Shown: positions 57,583 through 64,000 of the stretch, piece by piece | How the letters are laid out: each line of letters opens with the position of its first letter | Position numbering within the stretch: the first letter of the stretch is position 1 | Origin: Candidatus Latescibacterota bacterium | GTDB lineage: Bacteria; Latescibacterota; UBA2968; UBA8231 | Direction of reading: 5' to 3' | DNA: 64,000 bases | Assembly: GCA_965215195.1 (NCBI GenBank) | Contig: CBDCDC010000002.1 | Coordinates: 2,048,001-2,112,000 of the forward strand | Notes under the pieces: model-generated | Databases searched by the model: none | What the model saw: only the letters and a program-made list of their open reading frames with translations | Told to the model about the DNA's origin: nothing | Translations under genes and position numbers: made by a program

Positions 57583-58875
57583 CTACAGGTCGTATCCCGC
57601 TTCGCCGTGTTCGCTCAAGTCAAGCCCGTCGCCCTCGGTCTCCGCATCTACGCGCAGGCCGCTGACTAAGTCGATGACCTTGAGAATGACAAACGAGACG
57701 ACTAGGGTGTAAACGGCTGCGCCGACCGCGGCGAAGGCTTGAATGCCAAACTGTTTGCCCATGTTTAAGCCCTCGACGGTGCCGCCCAAGGTGGTCGAGG
57801 CGAAGAAGGACACCAGCAGAACTCCGACTAAGCCGCCGAAGCCGTGAACCCCCACTACGTCGAGCGCGTCGTCGTACCCGCAGGTGCGCTTGAGCCAAGT
57901 GGCGGCCCAATAGGCGACGAGGCCGGAGCACAGGCCGATGGCAAAAGCACCGAGCGGTCCCACCGTGCCCGAGGCCGGGGTAATGGCCGCTAGGCCGGCG
58001 ATGGCGCCGGTGGCAAAGCCGAGGGCACTCGGTTTGCCGTTTCTGATCCATTCGATAAAAATCCAAGTCAGCGCCGCGACGCTGGGCGAGATTTGGGTGA
58101 CCACGACCGCCATAGCCGCCTGCCCATTCGCCGCCAAGGCACTGCCGCCATTGAAGCCGAACCACCCAACCCAGAGCATGGCCGTGCCCACGAGGTTCAT
58201 GGTCATGTTGTGCGGGGGCATGGGCTGCTCGGGATAGCCAGTGCGCTTGCCGACGAGGATCGCGGCTACCAACGCGGCTGCCCCGGCCGTGATGTGGACG
58301 ACGATGCCGCCGGCAAAGTCAAAGACGCCCATTGCGCCCAAGTAGCCGCCCTCTCCCCAGACCATGTGCGTGATGGGCAGATAAACCAAAACGCACCACA
58401 GCCCGCTGAACCACAGCACGGCCGAAAACTTCATGCGCTCGGCAAAGGCACCGACAAAAAGCCCGGGGGTGATGATGGCAAACGTCATCTGGAAGACGAA
58501 GAAGAGCAATTCCGGGATGGTGCCCGCGAGGCTATCCACGGTGACGCCGCTGAGAAAGGACTTGGACAGGCCGCCGATGAAGGGGTTGTTGGCCGTAAAG
58601 GCCAAGCTATAGCCGAAAATGGTCCACAAGACCGTGATCAGGGCCGCAATCCCAAAGCAGTGCATATAGACCGAGAGCACGTTGCGAGTGCGGACCAGAC
58701 CGGCGTAAAACATGGCCAAGCCCGGGATCATCATAAAGAGAACCAAGCCGGTGGAAATCAGGATCCAAGCCGTGTCGCCGGTGTCGAGCTTGTCTTGGGC
58801 GAAGCTAGCATTGGGAACTGCCAAGAAAATTAGAGCTAGCAGGGCGAGGGTGCCCCACTTTCTGCGAATCAGCAT
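57583..58875 (-). CDS. amtB: Ammonium transporter
   Basis: DTAW, FQMTFAIIT, DFAGGIVVH, PHN, WFGFNGGS, DDALDVVGVHG; GGGAGG RBS. Confidence 0.96.
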   Translation of the reverse strand: MLIRRKWGTLALLALIFLAVPNASFAQDKLDTGDTAWILISTGLVLFMMIPGLAMFYAGLVRTRNVLSVYMHCFGIAALITVLWTIFGYSLAFTANNPFIGGLSKSFLSGVTVDSLAGTIPELLFFVFQMTFAIITPGLFVGAFAERMKFSAVLWFSGLWCVLVYLPITHMVWGEGGYLGAMGVFDFAGGIVVHITAGAAALVAAILVGKRTGYPEQPMPPHNMTMNLVGTAMLWVGWFGFNGGSALAANGQAAMAVVVTQISPSVAALTWIFIEWIRNGKPSALGFATGAIAGLAAITPASGTVGPLGAFAIGLCSGLVAYWAATWLKRTCGYDDALDVVGVHGFGGLVGVLLVSFFASTTLGGTVEGLNMGKQFGIQAFAAVGAAVYTLVVSFVILKVIDLVSGLRVDAETEGDGLDLSEHGEAGYDL

Positions 58876-59071
58876 ATCGAACCTCCCTTTTGACTGGTAT
58901 ATACGAAAATTATGGCCACTGCCCAACATTATTGTCAAAAAAGCTGCGGGCCGCTCGTTGCCAACAGGCAAATTTGTGCGTGGAAGGGCTCAGGGCTATT
59001 GCCGCGGACGATCCGATCTATGGGCGGGTGCTGGGGCAGGCCCCACCCGACAGTAGCAAGTACGCGCCATG

Positions 59072-59111
59072 ATTGTATTTTATTACAATAAATTGCCATT
59101 AAAGGTATATT
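59072..59111 (+). promoter_or_regulatory. Inverted repeat and possible -10 box upstream of the AbiEi gene
   Basis: ATTGTA-N6-TACAAT; TATATT ends 6 nt before the ATG and there is no SD, so possibly leaderless. Confidence 0.4.
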
Positions 59112-59117
59112 GTTGCT

Positions 59118-59756
59118 ATGAAATTCGATCAGTTACTCGCCATCGTCGCCAATGAGCCGGTGTTTGAAACCGGCCTGCTCTTGGCCGGGTCCGTCGACCC
59201 AAGCGATATGCGGCGACAGCTCGTGCGCTGGACCCAAGCCGGACGGCTGTACCAGCTACGGCGCGGGCTGTACGCACTGGCACCGCCCTATCGCCAAACC
59301 GCACCCCATCCCTTCCTCGTCGCCAATCGCCTAGTGCGCGGCTCTTATGTCAGCGGTTTGTCGGCATTGGCACACGCCGGCGCGATTCCCGAGTACGTGC
59401 CGGAAGTGACCAGCGCGACAGCTAAGCGTCCCCAGCTCCGCCAGACGCCGCTAGGGCGCTTTTCCTTTCGCCATCTCAAGACCAATCTGCTCTACGGGTA
59501 CCAACAAGTAGAGTTGGCGCGGGGCCAGTCGGCTTTTGTCGCCGCGCCGGAAAAGGCGCTGCTCGATTTGATTTATCTACAGCCACATGGCGATGCACCG
59601 GCTTATATCAATGAACTGCGCCTCGACTTGGGAACTCTTGACCTAAAGAAGCTGGATCGCCTAGCTGCCATTGCCGCCCGTCCCAAACTGCTGCGGGCCG
59701 CCCGGCGCATTCGCACCCTAGCCCGAGACGCGATGTTGGGCTACGAGACGCTGTGA
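59118..59756 (+). CDS. Type IV TA antitoxin, AbiEi family
   Basis: LYQLRRGLY, SYVSGLSALAH.GAIPE, A.PEKALLDLIYL. Confidence 0.85.
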   Translation: MKFDQLLAIVANEPVFETGLLLAGSVDPSDMRRQLVRWTQAGRLYQLRRGLYALAPPYRQTAPHPFLVANRLVRGSYVSGLSALAHAGAIPEYVPEVTSATAKRPQLRQTPLGRFSFRHLKTNLLYGYQQVELARGQSAFVAAPEKALLDLIYLQPHGDAPAYINELRLDLGTLDLKKLDRLAAIAARPKLLRAARRIRTLARDAMLGYETL

Positions 59757-60034
59757 AGGATCACCTGCTCCAACTCGTGCAGGGGCGCAACATCCTGCGC
59801 GGGTACTTGAGCGACCGGACTTGGCCTGCGCCCAATCTGCCTCTACTCAACGCAGCGTTGCAGCAGACCCATTGCGAGGCACTGACGGCGCGGACTTGGC
59901 GGGAAGCAGTCGGCAGCCGGCTACGCGCACTGGCGTGGGATCGGGTGGCGGCCGATGTGCGTCCGTTTTTGGAACGAGAAGAAGACGCGGCGCTATTGAA
60001 CCGGGAAACCGCGTTGCAGGTACTAGCCGGCTAA
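59753..60034 (+). pseudogene. AbiEii nucleotidyltransferase toxin remnant with a large in-frame internal deletion
   Basis: GTGA-coupled to AbiEi; N-terminal RNILR joined to C-terminal YLSDRTWPAPNL...DVRPFLE; no GGT/RFSEDLDF catalytic motif. Confidence 0.65.
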
Positions 60035-60062
60035 TCACTCCTCTACAACGCACTGCCCCCTG

Positions 60063-60263
60063 GGTCGGATCGAACAGGACACGACGTGGCGCGACACCGT
60101 GTATGTCGGCGGCGATGTGACCATTGCGTCGAGCGCACCCAATACGGCGGTTCACTTGCGGCCCCACCGCGATGAGACCCGAGGCGGCTTGGACTTGACC
60201 CAAGCGGAACTGATCGTCGCGGGTCGACTGCATGCCCAAGCCGGTGGCATTGTCTTTCGTTAG
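60063..60263 (+). pseudogene. Fragment of a parallel beta-helix repeat protein
   Basis: Manual translation GRIEQDTTWRDTVYVGGDVTIA...ELIVAGRLHAQ..IVFR*; no start codon or signal peptide. Confidence 0.5.
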
Positions 60264-60489
60264 GCGGCTAGCGATAGCCTGTCGGAGCAGATGGAGGCGA
60301 TAATAAAAAGGTATACGGATTGCCAAAAAGGTGGCCGGTGGGACTTTTTTTTTTGCTTTTACAGCCCTAGGGCTTTGGGGGGGTTCTTACTCCGATAGTG
60401 GCCTTGAAGGGGCAGCCCTTGTTTTATCTACCGCAACTATCGGTACTAGTGTCGGATTCCCGTTGGGTGTGTGGCGGAACCCCCTTCGG

Positions 60490-60619
60490 GTCGCTTGTCG
60501 CGCCTAAAGGCGCGGTGAAGCGCGGCCTTGGCGTCAAGCGTTTTTCGAGGGCGAGACGCCCTCGGTCCTAGATTTTTCTGCACACAAGGGACGGTCCGCG
60601 GAATTTTCAGACCGCTTCT
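60490..60619. mobile_element. MITE/REP-like element copy 4 (left boundary uncertain)
   Basis: 60578-60619 is the reverse complement of 4048-4089 with one mismatch; REP core CGAGGGCGAGACGCCCTCG; shares modules with 40845-40993; abuts a TGA stop. Confidence 0.7.
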
Positions 60620-60993
60620 CAGGGCGTCAGTTCGTGGTAGCGGTTGATCTGTGGATTGGATAGCGTGGTGACCTTTCCACCGGACCACAGCACTTCAACC
60701 GCTTCGACCCGCTCGCCGCGACCCAAGCCGAAATGGCGGACGGGCGGCCGCTGGGAGTCGAAGGACTCCCCGGTGTACATCCACTGGGTCTGGTTGCCTT
60801 GAGGTGTGTGCAGGGTGATGCGTGCGCCGATAGGGGAAACGCCGCCCGCCCCCCGCAGGCGTACGCCGAGCCAGTTGTTGTGGCCGGGCCAGACATTGTG
60901 CAAGACGTGAACCCGCTCGCGGCGCGGAGTGCCAGACCACTCGCTGACCAATAGGTCCACGCGCCCGTCGGCGTCGATGTCCATGTCGAGCAC
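60619..60993 (-). pseudogene. ASPIC/UnbV C-terminal fragment of a CRTAC1 family protein
   Basis: DIDADGRVDLL, NNWLGVRL, IGARI, HFGLG...VEVLWSGG; in-frame stop 5 codons upstream of the start. Confidence 0.7.
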
Positions 60994-60994
60994 A

Positions 60995-62596
60995 GTGGTC
61001 TTCGACTACGGGCTGCCAACGGCGACCCAGGTGGCCGGGCTGACGCTCCAGGCCGACGATTGGGCCGGCTTTCGCGTGTACGGCGAATTCAACGTCAATC
61101 ACCAGTTCACCCAGTACCCGGCGCGGACGCGGGATACGCACAAGGCGTCCTCGGGCATTGGTGGGGATCGCGCGGCCCTCGGCTGGATGGTCCATGTTTC
61201 GCGCCGCTTTGCACCGTTTTTCTTCTTTGGCGAGGCATTCGGCCTAGACGCCGAGTACGACACGAGCCCGCGCTTTGTCGATAGCAGCGGCCGGGTGGAT
61301 TGGTCCAACGACGACGAAGCGCGGGCGCGGCACGTGTACGACTTTGTCGATGACAACGACGACAACGACCGCATCAACGACCAAAAGCGCCGCTTTGACG
61401 ACGGCCGCACCGCCGATCAGCGCGGCGTCCGCGCACGCACCTTTGAGGGCTTTGCCGACGACGCGGTCTTCCCGGGCCTCGACGAGAACAACGACTTCAT
61501 TTCCGACTTCAATCAAAACGATCTGCGCGAGCGTCCCAATTTCTTGCCCGACTACGAAGAGCCTTTTCTCCGCTACGAGGTCGATCGGCCCGAGTATCTC
61601 TTTGCCCTCGACCTGAACAACAACGGCTGGGGCGACCGCTTTGAAAACGACGACGCACCCGACTACCCCTACAAGCGCGACCGGCGCGGGTACAACGCCT
61701 ATCTCAGGGCGGATCTCCGGCCCGAGCTCAAGCTGACGACTGGGCAGGTGTGGGAGCGCAAGCCAACGACCGGTGCGCACAACCGCACGTACTATGCCCT
61801 GCTCGCGTACGAACAGAGCTTTGCCGGATTGGGCACACTAACGGCGTATAATTCGCTCAAGTGGGTGGCCGATGCGATCGCCGAAGACTTGGTGCAGTGG
61901 ATTCAACTGCGCCCGGTGCTCGGACGCCCGAGCAATTCCCCCGGCGGCATGGTCGCCATCCGCGACCCGCTGGGCATGAGCGACGCCTTGGTCAACAAGC
62001 TGTGGATAGGCGCTGAGCGCCGCGGCCGCGAGGGCCTCCAGAGCGAAAGCAAGCTGCTGTTTGAGTTGATCCGGCAGCCGCGAGAAGGTGCCGTCGACCG
62101 CGATGGCCGCCCCTTGCAGCGCAATGCGCGGCGCTTGGGGCTGATCAACAAGGCCGAGTACCCGCTGTATCTGGGCCGCATAACTGCGCGGCCGCGCCTC
62201 AAGCACGAGTTTTTTATGGACGACACCCCGTTCAATATCGAGCGGCAGCTAGGCACCCCCATGGCCGAGCACCGCGACTGGAGCGCGCTGGCCTCGCTAT
62301 TGATAAAGGTGCCCTTTATGAAGCGCTCGGTCGTACAATTCGGCGCGGAGTACTTGCGCTTCCGCGACGTGATCGTGGACGAGGCCACCGTCAACCCGGG
62401 CGACCCCACCGGGGACTACGACGAGACGTCCTTTGCCGTGCAGTTGTCCAATACGACATCGTACTTGGGCTATAAGCTCATGTCCCAAGTGGGGCTGCGC
62501 ATGGACAAGCGGCAGATAGAGCGCGCAGCGCAAAAGGCTCGCACTGAAACCAGCGGTTTGACTTTTGTCACAGTACAAGCGGGACTTCGTGATTAG
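60995..62596 (+). CDS. 5'-truncated paralog of the 881-aa putative beta-barrel protein
   Basis: FDYGLPTA, FVDDNDDND, FPGLDENNDFISDFNQND, PDYEEPFLRY, SNTTSYLGY align with 41018-43663; about 390 N-terminal residues and the signal peptide are missing. Confidence 0.75.
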   Translation: MVFDYGLPTATQVAGLTLQADDWAGFRVYGEFNVNHQFTQYPARTRDTHKASSGIGGDRAALGWMVHVSRRFAPFFFFGEAFGLDAEYDTSPRFVDSSGRVDWSNDDEARARHVYDFVDDNDDNDRINDQKRRFDDGRTADQRGVRARTFEGFADDAVFPGLDENNDFISDFNQNDLRERPNFLPDYEEPFLRYEVDRPEYLFALDLNNNGWGDRFENDDAPDYPYKRDRRGYNAYLRADLRPELKLTTGQVWERKPTTGAHNRTYYALLAYEQSFAGLGTLTAYNSLKWVADAIAEDLVQWIQLRPVLGRPSNSPGGMVAIRDPLGMSDALVNKLWIGAERRGREGLQSESKLLFELIRQPREGAVDRDGRPLQRNARRLGLINKAEYPLYLGRITARPRLKHEFFMDDTPFNIERQLGTPMAEHRDWSALASLLIKVPFMKRSVVQFGAEYLRFRDVIVDEATVNPGDPTGDYDETSFAVQLSNTTSYLGYKLMSQVGLRMDKRQIERAAQKARTETSGLTFVTVQAGLRD

Positions 62597-64000
62597 GCTG
62601 TCTAAAAACCCCTCGGGCCGGTCGCTGCGGCCCCAGAGAGCTTGGGGGCGAGGGCAAGATGCCCCCGCACACCCTCCACCCCAAGGCACCCGGCGGCCCA
62701 ACGCGAGATTTAAGACCGCTTCCAAGTACGCAGTACATTGGCTGTGGCTCCTCGCTTGCTGGGCCTGCGGCACACCAACCGGGGACTTGGTGGTGGCCCG
62801 AGTCGGGGAGGTGGAAATCGACGCGCCCCAATTGCTGGAGTTTGAAGAAAGGCTACACCCGGAGCTGCGGAGCAAAAAGACGGGGGCTGACGTCTATTTC
62901 GACTACTTGCAAACCATGATCGACAAGGAGCTCATGGTCTTAGAGGCCAAAAAGCGGGGCCTCGACCAGCGCGCCGATTTCCGCCGCAAGATGGACAAAC
63001 TGCATAGCGACCGCGTCTTGCGCCGCTTTTTGCAGCTAGAGGTACACGACAAGATCGTCCACACGGAAGAGGAAATGCTGGCCCACCAGCAAGAGACGGG
63101 CCGCGACCGCGCCGTGCAGGTGCGGCGCATCGTCGTCGCTACCCTACAAGAGGCGCGAGCGATCAAGGCGGCCTTGGAGGCGGGCGACGCCTTCGACAAA
63201 TATGCCAGCCGCAACTTGCTCGCCGCGACCCAGCTAGAGGAGGGCCGCTACCTGCTCAAGGACGAGCTGTACCCACGCATCTTGCAGGAGAAGGTCTTTC
63301 CGCTAACACCGGGCCAGTTCTCGGAGCCGGTGCTCTTCAACGACCAATTCGGCGTGTACGAGGTGACGGCCGAAGCACCGGTCAAGCTCTCAGTCGTGCA
63401 GTCGGTCATCGAGGCCGAGTTGCTCAAGGAGAAGCTGCCGCCGGCCGTGCAGGCCCTGTCGGCCCGCTTGCGGCAGGAACTCGACTTTGTGGTTCACGAC
63501 CAAGCCTTGGAGAGCGTACGCGGGCGCATCGGGCAGGGTGCCAAGGCGTTTTCTGCGGACGAGCGCGAGCAGCCTATTTACGAATACGAGAGCGGCGTCT
63601 TTACCATCGGCGATCTGCTCAATTTTGCCCGCGAACTGGGCGTCGGCTTCCCAGCAGACGCGCCCGAGCGGTTCGACTGGTTCGTCAAAGACATCGTCGA
63701 GCCGCGCGCCCTGCTTTTGGCCGGTGCCTATGCAGCGGGCGTTGACCGCGAAGAAGAAGTGGTCGCTTGGTTCCAAAGGCGGTGGCTGTCAAACCTGCTG
63801 GTGGCTATGCGCCGGGACGTGGTCGATGGCGTCTTTGCCAGCCGCGAAGAAGCCCGCGCGTTCTACGACCGCCGCCCACACCTTTTCCGCCCCCTCGAAT
63901 CAATCGCCGTACAGGAAATTTTGCTCCGCACCTATGAGGAGGCGCTCGCACTGCGCGAGGAAGTGGAGCGCGGCCGCGACTTGGGCGCATTGGCCGCCGA
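62589..64000 (+). CDS. PpiC-type peptidyl-prolyl isomerase lipoprotein, paralog of 46595-48253; runs off the window (absent from the ORF track)
   Basis: Manual translation ...KYAVHWLWLLACWA-CGTPTGDLVVARVGEVEIDAPQLL...YLQTMIDKELMVLEAKKRGLDQ aligns with the 46.6 kb protein; frame open back to GTG 62589. Confidence 0.8.
   Translation, partial: MIRLSKNPSGRSLRPQRAWGRGQDAPAHPPPQGTRRPNARFKTASKYAVHWLWLLACWACGTPTGDLVVARVGEVEIDAPQLLEFEERLHPELRSKKTGADVYFDYLQTMIDKELMVLEAKKRGLDQRADFRRKMDKLHSDRVLRRFLQLEVHDKIVHTEEEMLAHQQETGRDRAVQVRRIVVATLQEARAIKAALEAGDAFDKYASRNLLAATQLEEGRYLLKDELYPRILQEKVFPLTPGQFSEPVLFNDQFGVYEVTAEAPVKLSVVQSVIEAELLKEKLPPAVQALSARLRQELDFVVHDQALESVRGRIGQGAKAFSADEREQPIYEYESGVFTIGDLLNFARELGVGFPADAPERFDWFVKDIVEPRALLLAGAYAAGVDREEEVVAWFQRRWLSNLLVAMRRDVVDGVFASREEARAFYDRRPHLFRPLESIAVQEILLRTYEEALALREEVERGRDLGALAA
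62596..62724. mobile_element. MITE/REP-like element copy 5 (divergent), in frame within the PPIase 5' end
   Basis: Ends GGCTGTCTAAAAA / TTTAAGACCGCTTC resemble the family TIR; REP-like GCGAGGGCAAGATGCCCCCGC; starts in a TAG stop. Confidence 0.55.

Noticed and set aside
58940-58970. Sigma54 promoter for amtB (TTGGCA on the minus strand)
   Set aside because: No GC at the required distance from the GG
60345-60385. Poly-T and poly-G tracts as phase-variation switches
   Set aside because: Intergenic among gene remnants, with no intact gene to control
60929-60993. Genuine overlapping divergent genes
   Set aside because: The plus-strand residues before VVFDYG are just the antisense of the CRTAC1 fragment; better explained as a breakpoint
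62659-62919. 86-aa track ORF
   Set aside because: Wrong frame; the PPIase homolog is in another frame that runs off the window

Overview
GC-rich bacterial DNA. The gene content (many PhyH dioxygenases, acid-sugar enzymes, SusC/SusD, CRTAC1/ASPIC-UnbV, FlgD-Ig proteins, 'WGxIK' tails) suggests an FCB-group lineage such as Latescibacterota/Gemmatimonadota-like, possibly a marine or sponge symbiont; this is inference only. From 1-31 kb the window holds catabolic genes interrupted by accessory genes: a Fic protein, an AT-richer tandem dynamin-like GTPase pair, a 33-bp-repeat membrane protein, PcfJ and a damaged VapBC45-like pair. From 31.6-55.5 kb lies the best candidate for an undescribed system, a divergent cell-surface/export locus. 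It encodes a DUF2723 (TMEM260-like GT-C) glycosyltransferase, three paralogous secreted proteins with a FlgD-Ig/T9SS-type-B-like C-terminal domain, a large putative beta-barrel with an Asp-rich insert, a lipoprotein, a PpiC foldase, a TPR protein, two CRTAC1 proteins, a receptor-L repeat lipoprotein and two tandem near-identical proteins with variable patches. The barrel plus PpiC module recurs at 61-64 kb. A family of short inverted-repeat-bounded, REP-containing elements occurs at least five times, mostly at stop codons, and one copy is read in frame inside a gene. Several genes carry deletion scars, including an AbiEii toxin. I recognised no rRNA, tRNA, transposase or cas genes. All calls come from motif recognition by eye; no searches or composition statistics were run.
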